64,000 bases of DNA from positions 17,774,272 to 17,838,271 of the forward strand of contig NC_068995.1 of assembly GCF_001194135.2 (NCBI RefSeq), in the 5' to 3' direction. Position numbers and translations under genes: made by a program. The notes under the pieces were generated by a model. The model ran no database searches. It was not told the origin of the DNA and worked only from the letters and a program-made list of their open reading frames with translations. How positions within the stretch are numbered: position 1 is the first letter of the stretch; each line of letters begins with the position of its first letter. Positions 12,101-27,410 of this stretch are shown here, piece after piece. The DNA is from Octopus bimaculoides. Lineage: Eukaryota.

Positions 12101-14100
12101 GTATCTTCCCGGATATATTAATTATTAAGAAGTCAGATGAGAAATTCTCTCGATGCTAAGTTCTAAACAGCATCAAGAGCAACAAAAATGAAATTAATGT
12201 TGACGCAATTGCTTTTGTAAACATTATCTGATTGAAAACACAAATTTAAATAACTTCATTAAATATATGCAAATAATGCATTTATGATAATTGTCTTTCA
12301 CGTCTATTATTGGCTCTTCTCCAATGATCCTACAACTGACATGTCGCACAACATGTTAAAAATATCACAAACATCTCCCTCAAATCACATTGCATCAGCT
12401 GAAAAAGTAAAGTACGCAACGAATATTGCAGTTTCAAATACTTGTTACGTGGTCTTGCATGGTGAGGCTGGGGTCATTTCATGTTTGTGGCCCCAGAGAC
12501 CTCATTATGTGTCGAGCCGACAAGGGTCCACCAATACTCTTCACTTTCAAAGACATCAAGTCTTTCAAAATTTAGAATACCAGAGGCTAGACAAATATAA
12601 GAAAATGTGTACAAATTTACAGCAGTGATTTACTTACGATTGATTATTACGATGTCTTTTGAAATTGTTTAGGTTTTTTTTTTTCTAATTCCAAATCTCT
12701 CTGCGATTAACTTTGTATTTCAGTCTTCCGTCGTCGATAGGATAAGAAAGCTGAAAATACGAAGTTAGACCGTTTTTTCCACATGGCTCTACAAGTTATT
12801 ATTATTCTCATATATTTGCTTTTGACAATAGCATTGCTTCGTTATGGTCGCTCGATCTACTAAAATTAGTAAAGAATCTTTCAAATCGCACTCAGTTGTC
12901 GAGATAAATGACAGAAATTGTTTTCCTTTCAAGATTTTGCTGACAAGTGTGATAAGGGGCTGAGTAACAATGACAATTATATGATATCTATACTTTATAT
13001 TCTGGTTCAGATGATTGAATCTTTCCATTTTGAATTTCTTCGTTAAATTATATTCACAGTCACAAAATTATAAGTGCTTTCTGATGAATATAAAGAAACA
13101 GAGATTCCCTTTCACGGAATCTAGTTGCAAACATTGAGGTGAGGACTCCGATCTGCTGATGTTTTCCTTTTCCCTCGGCTTTCAAATGTCATACGGTTTT
13201 TTTCTCCCCTCTAACTAATCCGTAAAAATATACTTCAAAATCTCAGAGACGTTTTTAACTCTCTGTAAACTCTCTGTACAATTACCCATGTCAAGTGAAA
13301 ACTTATTTATATTTTATTAAATCTATTCAAATATATTTCTCATAATTTATTGCATGACATATTTAATTCTAATAAAACTGGATATCAACACGTATGCATA
13401 TAATTAAATGCCGTATGCTGCTTTACCATTCTCTGCACATTGTATGCTAAACTTCACACACCATCGAAAACGTCTCTACATAGACACACCTCATGCAAAA
13501 CATAACGGATATTTTTTCAAATCATCCTAACTGCTTTATAATAGACATAAATAGTTGAGGCAGTCCAAGAATCACTAAGCATTAAATAAAACCGAACACA
13601 ACTGAATTTACATTCATCATTCGCCTATAATATCAAGTTTGATCTGAAACAGAATAACAGCAACGACAAAACATCGTCACCATCGTCGACTTCATATTGA
13701 GATTATATCACAGGATCTGTAGAGAAAAGATGAAAACATTACGTTGAACTGTATTTACAAATATATATTGTAACTGTAGGTCAACCCAGATCTATAATAA
13801 AATATATAACGAATTAGTCTCCAACAATGATTATACCATGTTTTCTTTTTTTTAATTTTTTGTCAGTGTGTTTTGGAAAGTATGTGATACACTGTCTGAT
13901 ACAAAGCTAATTTCACCCTTATTTATAGTTGTTCTAAAAATTACGGCGTTGCTAGAGAAGCTTCCACAAGGAGTCATTGAACATTATTATTAAATTTGTG
14001 TAATCGTGAGATAATCGGTTGTTATTTAAAGAAGGTAAGCCGAATATTATTTTAAGACAGAATTATTTCTTTAGAAAATAAGATATTGGACAGGTGTTAA

Positions 14101-14136
14101 ACAGGTAAGTTGACAGGTAAGTTGACAGGTAAGTTG
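14101..14136 (+). repeat. 12-bp tandem repeat (acaggtaagttg)x3
   Basis: Three perfect copies. Confidence 0.95.
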
Positions 14137-15495
14137 AAGGTATATAATCAAATATATACCGTCAATGGTGCATTTCGTTTCTGTCAATAAAATGTCTAAA
14201 TACAAGCAACTGATATAGATACATATGCAGACACATACACACGTGTATAGGATTAGGTATATGCATGTTTGAACTTCTAAGCTAAGGTGATAGTCTGTGT
14301 TTGTCTACGGATATAAATAAAAATGCGTCATGGTGTATATTTTCTTATAAATGCGTAGATCGAAGGAAAACAATCAACTAACTGATATTCTTTGTAGGAA
14401 GTAAGAAAATTAGTTGTGGTTGTTCAATGGTAGTTTTGATATATTGATAGTTAAAATATCCTACAAACCTTAGTTGTCTCTCTTTATCTTACGAACTTCT
14501 TTGCTATCCAGAGCCGAAAAAAATAATATCAGTTCAGCAGTCAGGAGGACATTATCCAGTATAGCCAATCCTTAAATTTCAAGACTCATGCTTGGGTTGG
14601 TAATCAACACTTCCATAACTAATCTGAGCATTTGCTGTGTGATTTGGTTACTTCTAATTAAAATCAACTCACAAAGTTGATTTCTTATTTCGTTCACTTT
14701 ACTATTATCCATCCCAAAGTGTTATGGGCTCTCTAATATAAAATGTGTGTAATAATATCATAATATCTATAGCTTTGTATATGAAAATAAGTATTTCTAG
14801 ATGTCATTTAATAAAAAAAGCTAATAAACAAAGGAAATAACTTTGTCAAACGGAAGGAAAGTGTATAAAACCGTGAATATAAAGTCACGAAAATAAAACC
14901 CCCCGATACAGTGTAAAATGTCGAAGAAAAAATAAGAAAATAAATAAAATCAATTATTTCATATTTCGAAAGGCAAACAAAATAACATCGAAAACAAAAG
15001 AAGGAATTTAAAAAAAAAGGAAATCGGTATGAAAGTTTTCCGATATGAAAATGTCGTTAATAGAAAGAGAAGAAAACGATATACTTAAAAAACTATTAGA
15101 ATGTAAAAAAATATATCTTGTCGAATAGTAATTGGGCAATTAGTGCAGCATCATGGAAAATAGATAGAAAAAGTTAGTTAATTGAAGCAATAAGGGTTTA
15201 GGACATCTGCAGATAAAGGAGGAAGGGGATGAGGACGGTAGAAAGAAAATGGAGTCGGCACGTAGAATATTTAGAAAAATGAAAATAGATATTTAAGAAA
15301 AAAATGAATTATGGATATTTACTAAATATTAATAGTTTTTGTATGTGAACGAATGAATAAAAAGAATTTGGAAAAGTATAAAAGCAGCAAAAGGAGACAA
15401 AAAAAAAAGAAAACAAAAGCAGAAAACAAAAATCAAACAAAACATGGGAAATCAAAATAAATTTCTAGTGCGAGAACCAGTATACATATATATAT

Positions 15496-15552
<57 letters not shown>

Positions 15553-16531
15553 NNNNNNNNNNNNNNNNNNNNNNNNNNNNNNNNNNNNNNNNNNNNNNNN
15601 NNNNNNNNNNNNNNNNNNNNNNNNNNNNNNNNNNNNNNNNNNNNNNNNNNNNNNNNNNNNNNNNNNNNNNNNNNNNNNNNNNNNNNNNNNNNNNNNNNNN
15701 NNNNNNNNNNNNNNNNNNNNNNNNNNNNNNNNNNNNNNNNNNNNNNNNNNNNNNNNNNNNNNNNNNNNNNNNNNNNNNNNNNNNNNNNNNNNNNNNNNNN
15801 NNNNNNNNNNNNNNNNNNNNNNNNNNNNNNNNNNNNNNNNNNNNNNNNNNNNNNNNNNNNNNNNNNNNNNNNNNNNNNNNNNNNNNNNNNNNNNNNNNNN
15901 ATATATATATATATATATATATATATAAAGGGGCGTATGTTTACTCAAGAAAATACATACAATAATGATTGCCGTTTAGCATACAAGGTTACTAGACAAT
16001 TATCAAATGTCCAGTATTTAAAGTACTAAGAAGCCAAATACTTGGTTTATTTCCTCAACAGAAACGCGATGTCAAACATTGATCGGGTGTTTTCTATCAG
16101 ACAATAAAATAGCAAAAACACTTCTCGTTATAAAATTGATATACACAACTTAACATATTCAATGATATTCTGATCTTTTTTCATAGAATTACAATAAAAT
16201 ACAAGACAAAAATTTAGCACAAAAAAGAATGTAACTGTTCTTTGGATCCTCGATGGATCTTTTAAGAAAATTGCGTGAGTGCATGGAAATATATATACGT
16301 ATATCACATTTCAAAATGTAACCACATGGGTATCGTTGGCGATTTTCTCCTTTCATCTTCCTTTAGTCTTGGACATTCCTCTGTCTCCTATTTCTGAAGA
16401 AGAAACTATTTCTCTCGGTATTTCTAACTTTATACTCTCCTTAGAGTTTTCTCATGTATTCTACTATATATTCTATACGTTTTGTAGTATGATGCATTCA
16501 GGCGCATTTCTTAAGTATACTATCAGATCAT

Positions 16532-16718
16532 TGTGATTTGAACAGTGATTTGACTGCGGCTATAAAGGGTTTTTTAGTCGAAAAAAAAAATCAACGATAG
16601 CACTTTTTTAAAGTTTAGTAATCATTCGTTGCTTTTTGCCGCACCGCTAAGTTACATGGATGTAAACACATCAACATCGGTTGTCAAGCAGTGATGGAGA
16701 GACAAACGCAGACAGAAA

Positions 16719-16770
<52 letters not shown>

Positions 16771-16867
16771 CGACGACCTTCTTTCAGTTTCTCTCTACCA
16801 AATCCACTCATAAGGCTTTGGTCGTTCCTATGCTATAGTAGAAGGCACTTGCCCAAAATGCCGCGCA
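16532..16867 (-). mobile_element. SINE family A, 5'-truncated and degenerate
   Basis: tgccgcaccgctaagttac...catcggttgtcaagc...cttctttcagttt...ctaccaaatccactcataaggctttggtc...gcacttgcccaa. Confidence 0.85.
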
Positions 16868-17807
16868 ACATACTTACATACATACATACATGCATATATA
16901 TACATACATATATACATAGATACACACACACACACATATATATATATATAGGTATTTCCAGAAATATGTACGGCTCATACTATTGAATATCTCAAATAAT
17001 TTATTGATGCATATTTTATCAACTATTCGTGTAGAACCTGAAAAGAATAAAGGTGCTCGATGATTTTCCCGTTTAACTCTAGACTGAAGAGTATCTATAA
17101 AAAACATACCATTTCTCCTAATTTCAGAAGTTCATTATATATGTAAGATTATTAAGTGTGCATCAGACCTCATTTTCAATACCAGTGAACTGGTTTTAAT
17201 TCATATAGTGCGAGATATTTAATACGATATATCTAGTTATATGTGGCAAAAATATCTTGTAGAATGGATAATATATATTATCAATTGTTTAAACATAAAT
17301 ACGATCAAAGATGGAAACAAAACATATTTTTTTCAATCAAACTCAGAGGAGTTTCAAAATAAATGAAGCAAAAGTTTTAAAATTCAATTGCAAGACTTAT
17401 GAAAAACAAATGACACATTTATGAACTACGAATATGGAACGAAATAAACCTAAAACTTTACAAATTATACTGAGGTGTTTTCCGAAGATGACCAAGTTCC
17501 CGAGATGATAAAATGAAATAAGAGATATTACCAAAAATAATGGCTGATATATCTATGTTAACAAGTATGATTACGGCATGATATTCCTTTATAAACCTTA
17601 GCTATAAACGTAAATTGACATATGTCGTTGTATAGTGACAACTAATATATTTACATTTATATAATATCGATATTTTGTGATGCGGTCATTACTAAATGTA
17701 GTCCGGACTAAAAGTGAAAAGAACTAGTTTACTTATTTCTATTTATTATCACATCAGTGGCAACTCGCGAAATAACTTTATATATATGCACGTACATGTT
17801 ATATACG

Positions 17808-17839
<32 letters not shown>

Positions 17840-18189
17840 GCATGTATATATGCACGCGCGCATGTGAACCTGCACATGTAATCATAGGAATTATAAAGCA
17901 TTAAATGAGAAAGCAATCAGTATTTGTACATCAGATATATTTTTATAAAGGAAAGGCTTTCCGCGCGTCGGGCATTAAAAGCGTCTTTGAAGCATGTTTA
18001 TGTAACTAATAAATTTACTATTGTAAATACACTCGATTGTATTCTGCTTGCTAAACTGCGTGGTGTTTGAACGGCGCTTGTAAAATCCATTGCTTTATTA
18101 TTTTTTTTGCAATAATATTTATTTCTGCAACATTCTTTCTGCAATTTGAAACTGCTGGCCAGAAAGTAAATCTTAATGTTTTCTTTATA

Positions 18190-18233
<44 letters not shown>

Positions 18234-18240
18234 GTCTATC
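18190..18240. repeat. (TATC)n microsatellite
   Basis: Read directly. Confidence 0.95.
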
Positions 18241-19248
18241 TCCACATGGACGGACGCTAGACACATCGGCTCCCATGTAAGTTGCCTTTTTCACCTGTTA
18301 AAAGACCTATTTTGTTTTTAATTTTTGTATAAATTGTGTATAACACAAAACACTTTGCGAACATATATTTTTCGAATCGGAAATAGCTCTATTTAGAGCC
18401 TTATTTCCAAACATTCTGTCTGTCTGTCTGTCTGTCAGTCTGTCAGTCTATCTGTCTGTCTGTTTGTCTGTCTGTCTATGCCTATGTCTCTATACATGCA
18501 CACACACACACATACTACATAGTAGATATATAATATACATACGTACATACATATATATGTATAGCGGAACATATATAAATGAAGGAAAATGCAACCCTCT
18601 TCAATTATTTTTCTAAGCTTCAGATCAAGAGACAGTTGCATGCAATCCTGAAGTGGTGAACAGTCATCTTGATTTCTTCTGTATTTCATATATTTAACTA
18701 CACACAGACACACACATGCACGCACGCACACTCGCACACACATACATATATGGAGGGGATGCATGTGTATGTATATGTGGCTGCATGTGTGCTTGCGTAT
18801 GCCTGTGTATCTGTAAGTGCTTTTCGTACGTGAGCATGAGTGAGTGTATATATTTCTTGTGGAGAATACGCATTGACGATATTTTGATTTTATTGCAACG
18901 AATCATTCTATAGACACTAAAACTATGACTGGAAGATCTAGTTGAGGAGAATTATGATCTTAACGAAGGAAGCTACAGACAATAATCGAAATCTCACTTT
19001 TACAATCTCTGATGACAGCTGACAATTACTTTGCGTTCTTCAGCCCCCATGTTGTGGTACGTTTTAAATTCAGACCTAAGCAGAACAAAGTTTAATGAGA
19101 AATTCACTAACGATTTTTGAGTTCACGCATCATAAATCAAGGAAATGTAACACAAGGAATAAAGAAAGTGAAGTCTAAATTCATATGATTAAGTACAATA
19201 TGGACATGTATTGAGTACTCCCTACCATCGACTACAGATCAATTCCCT

Positions 19249-19282
<34 letters not shown>

Positions 19283-22200
19283 ATGAGAATAACTGCATTG
19301 CTTTAAAAATCGTAATTCATATTTCACAATGATCTCCATTAATCTCAGCCATGTATTGGTTTGAGTGTGGAAGCTTTATGTTTCTTCGAAAATATCAAGA
19401 GATTACGAAGGATAGATTTTCATTATTCAAGCAAATCAATTACACATATACACAGGTACATGTAACACATCACAGACACACAAACACACACTCCCAAATG
19501 CGTGACTATATATATANNNNNNNNNNNNNNNNNNNNNNNNNNNNNNNNNNNNNNNNNNNNNNNNNNNNNNNNNNNNNNNNNNNNNNNNNNNNNNNNNNNN
19601 NNNNNNNNNNNNNNNNNNNNNNNNNNNNNNNNNNNNNNNNNNNNNNNNNNNNNNNNNNNNNNNNNNNNNNNNNNNNNNNNNNNNNNNNNNNNNNNNNNNN
19701 NNNNNNNNNNNNNNNNNNNNNNNNNNNNNNNNNNNNNNNNNNNNNNNNNNNNNNNNNNNNNNNNNNNNNNNNNNNNNNNNNNNNNNNNNNNNNNNNNNNN
19801 NNNNNNNNNNNNNNNNNNNNNNNNNNNNNNNNNNNNNNNNNNNNNNNNNNNNNNNNNNNNNNNNNNNNNNNNNNNNNNNNNNNNNNNNNNNNNNNNNNNN
19901 NNNNNNNNNNNNNNNNNNNNNNNNNNNNNNNNNNNNNNNNNNNNNNNNNNNNNNNNNNNNNNNNNNNNNNNNNNNNNNNNNNNNNNNNNNNNNNNNNNNN
20001 NNNNNNNNNNNNNNNNNNNNNNNNNNNNNNNNNNNNNNNNNNNNNNNNNNNNNNNNNNNNNNNNNNNNNNNNNNNNNNNNNNNNNNNNNNNNNNNNNNNN
20101 NNNNNNNNNNNNNNNNNNNNNNNNNNNNNNNNNNNNNNNNNNNNNNNNNNNNNNNNNNNNNNNNNNNNNNNNNNNNNNNNNNNNNNNNNNNNNNNNNNNN
20201 NNNATATATATATACACACATATATATATATATATATAGTAGCTTGCTTCTCAGTTTAAAGTATATCTGTATTTGTTTGTGTATCATGTCTGTAGGTTTG
20301 TATCTAACGAACATATATCATTCACATAGATATGCAGAAGATTATTCTTGTAGGAAAAAATAGGACAAAAACAGACACAGAAACAAACAAGATGTGTTAG
20401 CAGACAAAATAACCAGCATAGTAAAGAAGTCGTTAAATAGCCAACTAAGTTGACAGCGCTATTTTTTCCCTTCTTTTTTATGTTAGTTGCAAAGGGATGT
20501 CCATATGTTAAAACACCAGGCAAAAGAAACATGTTTGTCTGGAAACAATTTCACTTATTCTCTAAGTACTGTTAGTCTTAAGAACTGTTGACAGAAACTG
20601 CCACCGATTAGATATATGATTTCCTTCATGCCCGACGGCTGTTAGAAAACATATAGCAAGCCTGAGGTTGTGTGAAGAATATTTTATCACTTTTCTTTTA
20701 TACTCGTTTCAAATCAGCTTTATATTCACAAATAACATAAGTACATCCAAAAAGAAAAGAAAATCATTTCATAAAGACAGCCGTCAGAATATTGCTTAAC
20801 ACATATTGCTATGTAATACTTCATACAAGTTTTCCGATAACTAGATACATAGATAGATTACTTACTGCATACATCGATATTCAAGGAAGCACAAAATGAT
20901 TGACACACACGCACACACACACACACATATACATATTTTACACACATACATACACAAACACACTCTATCGGTCTCTCAACAGATATATTGTATATTGTGA
21001 ACAAACACCTCCGCTATACATACATACATACATACTTACATACATACATGCATACATACATACATACATAATACATACACACATATATTTGTATATACAT
21101 ATACATATATATATNNNNNNNNNNNNNNNNNNNNNNNNNNNNNNNNNNNNNNNNNNNNNNNNNNNNNNNNNNNNNNNNNNNNNNNNNNNNNNNNNNNNNN
21201 NNNNNNNNNNNNNNNNNNNNNNNNNNNNNNNNNNNNNNNNNNNNNNNNNNNNNNNNNNNNNNNNNNNNNNNNNNNNNNNNNNNNNNNNNNNNNNNNNNNN
21301 NNNNNNNNNNNNNNNNNNNNNNNNNNNNNNNNNNNNNNNNNNNNNNNNNNNNNNNNNNNNNNNNNNNNNNNNNNNNNNNNNNNNNNNNNATATATATATA
21401 TATATATATATACGTAAGTGTATACACTCGTATACATTGTACTAAGTCACATTATATACTGGAAAGTGAAATTTGTGACTGAATAAAAGATCGAACAGTG
21501 ACTGAATAATGGACTCAATACATGAGTAGAGGTTAGGTAGTGAAATGGTCAAGCCATGTAATGAAGGCTACGAAACAATGCACTGCGTATCACATGGTAC
21601 CATACTACATTCTCTATTTTTCATGTCATCATTTTCCCATCAACATTTCGGCAGTCCCAAACAAAATATAAAGAACGTCACTCATGTTGAAAAGAGGATG
21701 TACATACGCACATCCCTGAGACACATGTATATAAATTATTATATACAAAGACAAATCGAGTTATAAGAAACAAAATTATTCAATTTTATTGAATATTGTA
21801 TCTTATATTTTGAGTTTTCGAAGTCATCATTTCATCTTCCGGAATAGGAAATTGGATATTTGGTTTTGCGAGATGGCTTCTTTGCCCAGTTGTGTGTTCT
21901 GTGCATGCTTGAATATTGATTCGATAATTTTCAGATGTAGGACAGCATTGCTACAATAGGTAATCAGTTTTCTGTAACTCGCTTCGGTCATTAAGTATGT
22001 GGTTAAATAATAACCAGACATGTGTATTACTTCTATATTTAGTTGCCAAATATTTGCTCAATGGTGTGAACGGAGAACTTTCTTTTGGGGTGGAATGTTA
22101 TTTTCACAGGTGTATTTTGCCGGGAGAAAAATCAACATAGACATACGTTTGTCTGATGAGACTTCCTATGCAACATTCATTGCATTTTTATTACACGTGA

Positions 22201-22656
22201 TTTTCTATATCATGTTGGGCGGTAAAAATACTTCACTGCTAATCATTTCAGTATGAAAATGTGCATCCCGTGCAGTTGCGTACTAGTCGGCTCGGTTGCC
22301 AAGAAACTAATCGTGGAGTGTCCGCAATGTGCCAGCGTTATATTCAATTGCACCGTATGGATTACATAACGGATCGCAGCAGTTATTTTCTCACTAAGGT
22401 GTGGCAGTTTCAAAACTCACAATGTTTTCCTCGGAACTGTATTTTTCATAGGCACTGTGACGATATCCTGATGATTCGTGAAAGGGTCTGAATAGCTAAT
22501 CTCCGAAACGTCGCAACCTGTTCAACCGGACTATAATGACCTTTGCAAAATAAAGCTTATTATTCATTTCCAAGTCACTTCCATGTCCTCCTCTCAAAGT
22601 CTTTATCCTCAAGAACGTTGGCCTTCTCTCTAGAAGTCCCTTTTTGCTTATACTGC

Positions 22657-22690
<34 letters not shown>

Positions 22691-23419
22691 TTAGGGACAA
22701 AATCCAAAATTACAGGTAAAAACTTAATTAAAATCAATTTATAAAAAATTAAAATTAAATTGAGCTTTACAGATTAGAATATATAAAAAAAATATATAGT
22801 TTTAGGGAAAAGAACCAAGTTTCAAAAACTCATCGATGAAAATCCACTATCACATATAGAAAAATTAATAATTAAAAGCACAATAAATGAGTATAATATA
22901 AAATAAAGTAAATATCATAAGATAAAGATAATAAAATGACTACACGTGTTTCATAACTAATTTTCAAATAGAAAGGAAATTTAAATCGATTAANNNNNNN
23001 NNNNNNNNNNNNNNNNNNNNNNNNNNNNNNNNNNNNNNNNNNNNNNNNNNNNNNNNNNNNNNNNNNNNNNNNNNNNNNNNNNNNNNNNNNNNNNNNNNNN
23101 NNNNNNNNNNNNNNNNNNNNNNNNNNNNNNNNNNNNNNNCTTCCGATCTCATACCTATTTTTATATACATACGTATATACATACATATGTATATATATAC
23201 ACGTATATATATACATGCATACATACACACACACACACATATTGAGAGAGTAATAAAGGCAGCTATATCCGATATAAAACCAAAAATTACAAAAAAACGA
23301 AATTGTCAGCAGTTGTAACTGAGAGTGCACTATAGGTGCTACCCAGCACCCACACGCACTCACGCATACACACATATAAATATAGATATATAAAAGTGTG
23401 TATGCGTATATATATATGG

Positions 23420-23629
23420 GTGCGTGTGTGTGTGTCTGTGATTGTCCCCTCTCTATTATCTGACAACCGGTGTTGGTGTGTTTATGTCACCGTAAATTAG
23501 CGGTGAAGCAAAAACGACTGAGAAAATGAGTACAAGACTTACGTAGAATAACTCATGGGGTCGATTCGTTCGACTAAAGGCAGTACTCCAGCATGACCGC
23601 AGTCAAATGACTGAAACAAGTAGAGGAAT
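23420..23629 (+). mobile_element. SINE family A, 3' half
   Basis: tgacaaccggtgttggtgtgtttatgtcaccgtaaattagcgg...ggggtcgattcgttcgactaaaggcagtactccagcatgaccgcagtcaaatgactgaaacaag. Confidence 0.88.
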
Positions 23630-23960
23630 ATATGTACATATATATATATATATATNNNNNNNNNNTATACATATATTAATAGATTAAGGTTAGCATACTG
23701 CATTTAACATCAACTTTCTGAATTTTATTTCCAATATTCTTTAATTATTATCCCTAAATTCGACACCCGCATGCAAACCCAACTACATCTGACCACTCTT
23801 TAATTACAATATTACCTAACTCTCCCACTCACATTCCAAATTTCCACCTCGACTACCATCTTTAATACACATTATTAACCCCCTCTCTCTTCCTGAACTA
23901 ACACTCAGCTTTCCTTGTTAACTCTGCCTGTCTTAACACTCCCCGTAACCCCGCCAACCT

Positions 23961-24304
23961 TCATTAAACTGTGGCCATGCTGAGCCAAAGTCTTCAAGAA
24001 TTCGTAGTTGAATGGATCAATTCCTGTACTTATCGCATCTGCTTGTCGAACTGCTAAGTTACGGGGAAGTAAACTCGCCAAGATCTGTTGTCACGCAAAG
24101 ATCAGGACAAACATATATGTAGGTATACATACACACACAAACACTACGAGCTGCTTCAGTTTCCCTCTACCAAACCCACTCGGAGGGTTTTGATCAGGCG
24201 GAGGTGATAGTAGGAGACACTTACCCAACGGACTACGCAATGGGAGTGAACCCTGAGCCCTGTTGTTTTGAAGCTTGTTTCTTACCACTCCACCAAACCT
24301 GTGC
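23961..24304 (-). mobile_element. SINE family A, old and degenerate
   Basis: ctgtggccatgctg...gaactgctaagttacgggga...cttcagtttccctctaccaaacccac...gacacttaccca...ttcttaccac. Confidence 0.75.
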
Positions 24305-26870
24305 TTGCAAACAAACCATGTTAGTATACTTAGTTTAAAATAAGTATATGATTATCTACGATTATCATCGCAGGTAGATTATAAATCCTATCTCTTGATG
24401 CTTATAATTATAAATCAACAATTTGAAATAATTGGTAATATAATTTTAAAATTTCCCCTTTAAATAAAAGGATTACTATTGGGAATTGATCTTTCATTAA
24501 AACTAAGACGTGAACATATCTCATCATGGACGCTAATATCATTAAATAATATAAGTTTTATTTAAGCTTTTCGTAAGTTTGAATTATTTACTTATAAAAA
24601 TGAAATTTTACAATTTTCTATACATATTTTTGTGATAATTAAAACCGTATTCTTCAGCATTAAATGTTGCATATTTCTAATTGCATTCCGGTTGTGAGCG
24701 GGTGAAGTTTTCGCTTACTATATCTAGCAAGTTGAACGATCACTAAGAGAATCCCATATTTCTATGTTGTAGTGGTTTAGTTGCTCTTGAAATAATTTAT
24801 CACCGTGTCAGCCCTTGATTCGATTATCCAATGAACTTTCCCTTTTTCAGACATTAGTCTCAGATTTATTAGTAATATGATAACTATTTCTAGCAGTCGG
24901 ATGAACGCTTATAGATTCTCTTATTGGTATGTTTCATAGAATGGTTTAGCTGTCTCTAGTGACTATTATTTAGGCGAAGGTTAAACTTGATCGCAGAGAC
25001 ATTATGGTATTACAGTAGCAGTATTCCGTTGCTTTTTGCGGGATATCTATGATTTCGTTATATTATGCTCACTTTCTTCCGTTTTAAAGTCATGAATACT
25101 GATTTGAGGGAAATTTGAGAACTACACACCTTTGATGCTCCCTTCATTTAAGTACTAAATGTGTTATCATTTTTCTTACAAGATAACTATGGACGTGAGT
25201 TGAAGTATATATAACAAGGAATAGAAGCTGGATCTTAATGGTAGATTGCAGTTTTATGTCCTCTTACTGTTCGACGAAGCTCTTAGAATAATGATGAGTG
25301 GACTTGCTTATAAATATCTTATTATTGAAAACGTTTGTGTCAATTATGTAACAATTTATTGTCTTTATCATAGAATATATCACAAAACTTAAACATAAAC
25401 TATTATTCTATTAAGTAATGCTATTATATTAAAGATATTTCATACGTAAAGTAATTTATAAGAGTAAACCATTTCAAAATACAACCAGAAATCCTCAATG
25501 GAATCCTAAATGTTGGCTATATGAAGGGTTTATAAGGTTAATCCCTACTGCAAAATCTTACTCTCAGTATGTCTGATAACTTCCTTCACTCAATTATCTT
25601 CAATGTTCAGCAGTAATCTTGGAATATGATATGTTCTAGCTTCAAACGCTAACTAGACGCGATCAAAGAGATAAAGCAGTTTGTGATGTGAAAATATAGA
25701 TTTTGTTCCATACAGAAAGAAACGTTATGTAGATAATAGGAAGATACAATTTCTAAAAATGTTTGAGATAGTTATTCGAATAAGTATTTTATATATAGGA
25801 TATTCTACAACATGAAACATTATATAAAACCATAATTTACACCGCATTAGTAATTTGTAATCTAAAAGTAAGAGACAATTTCCTGACATTTATCTAAGCG
25901 CATCTTGGGGATAAATATTACGTGCTTTCACAAATATGTTGCTTTATCATTCCAAGAGGGCTCGAGAGAATTGCAAAGTCTTATGTTTAATTTCGAAATA
26001 TACTAAGTTAATTTTCTGAAATGTGTTGCAAAGTTTGTTTAACTGATGAGTTTTAATTTATAATTATGTGAACAGAAATTATTTTCTAAATGAATTTGGT
26101 TGATTGTTACAAGACATATTTAGTTTAAAAAGTTAGAATTTCGTTTTATATTTGAAGTATTATATGATTTCATATATACCATCACATACTTCAAGATTGC
26201 TGTAAATAAAGAATTCGGAAGCGCTTGAGAATATTTTGGTATGAGTTTTTGTGTCATGCCCTGTACCTACTTAAACATTTCATGCGCACCAACAAGCATA
26301 TCCTTAACACATATAAATATATATGAGGCTTTATCAATTCTTATTCTGAATAAAGATATAGAATTCACTTTGTTTGGCAACTAATATCTATTGTCTGTGT
26401 ATCTTTGCTTTCTTGTGACTTGTCCCCACCTTTCCTCATCATTTTTTTTTTGTGGAAATATATATACTGTAGCGTTTAGAGTCGGGGACTTTAAATCTTT
26501 TCCACATTTCAGTTTGTGTTGAGTGGTGAAGTTCATTACAATTGCCCTTTATTATAAGTTTATGGTGAATTGACAGTAGATGCTGCATAGTTCTGAAGTC
26601 ACCAGCAGATTTTATATTATGAAATTTCCAGCAGTCACGTTTGCAAGTTAATATATATTACACTTGTGGTTTGTAGTAGCTTTTTAGTTGTATATGTTGG
26701 AGATTGTTATTGATGAACTGGTTTTCAATTTTGTTGTTTCTAGATTACTAGTTATCATACATCACTTAGTACAGTGAATTTTATACTCACCTCTGCTATA
26801 GTTATAATGGATTCGACTTATATATTGTACATCATGAGTAGTTTGTATATCTTTAATGAATATATGAATG

Positions 26871-27030
26871 TGTGAAGGCGCGTAGCCTAATTTTCAGGGT
26901 ATTCTGGTATCTATCCTATCATGAGTTTAATTTCTTGCCTGGTGAGCATGTCGGTCCTTCACCAAGGACATACATTTGCCGTAGCTGCAGTCAATTCAGC
27001 TGAAAATGAATACCAGCTGAGTTATGAAGT
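26871..27030 (+). mobile_element. SINE family C, degenerate
   Basis: gtgaaggcgcgtagcctaa...agggtattc head and gcagtcaattcagctgaaaatgaatacc core resemble 59589-59730. Confidence 0.55.
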
Positions 27031-27410
27031 ACGTTTTTCTCCATGCAGTTGTCACATCTTGGATATGTCCCTGCATCATATGCTGGGAGAGTCCAGAATT
27101 GATTTCAAGTTTGCTCCCATCAACTTAGGCGCATAACCACAATAAGCAAAAATGTGGTACGTTATGCTACTATATAGTCAAGCATGGATGACAGCCCGTT
27201 CTCAACTGCTTCATATTACATATTTCTACTACTTTATTCCTCTTTATATTTTCTATGGTTTGATATAAGAATGAGATGGAATACATGCTTTAGTTTTAGT
27301 TTTATTCAGTGAATACCTTCATCTCGAGTTTCCTTTAGGGAAAAGAAATTCAAGCCTCATGAAAGTAAGAATTTCAATTTCTGAGGAATCTCTCTTTATC
27401 CATTCCTTCG

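Noticed and set aside
12430-12585. Minus-strand stretch SGILNFERLDVFESEEYWWTLVGSTHNE after a plausible acceptor
   Set aside because: No convincing donor, a stop follows shortly, and no family is recognised.
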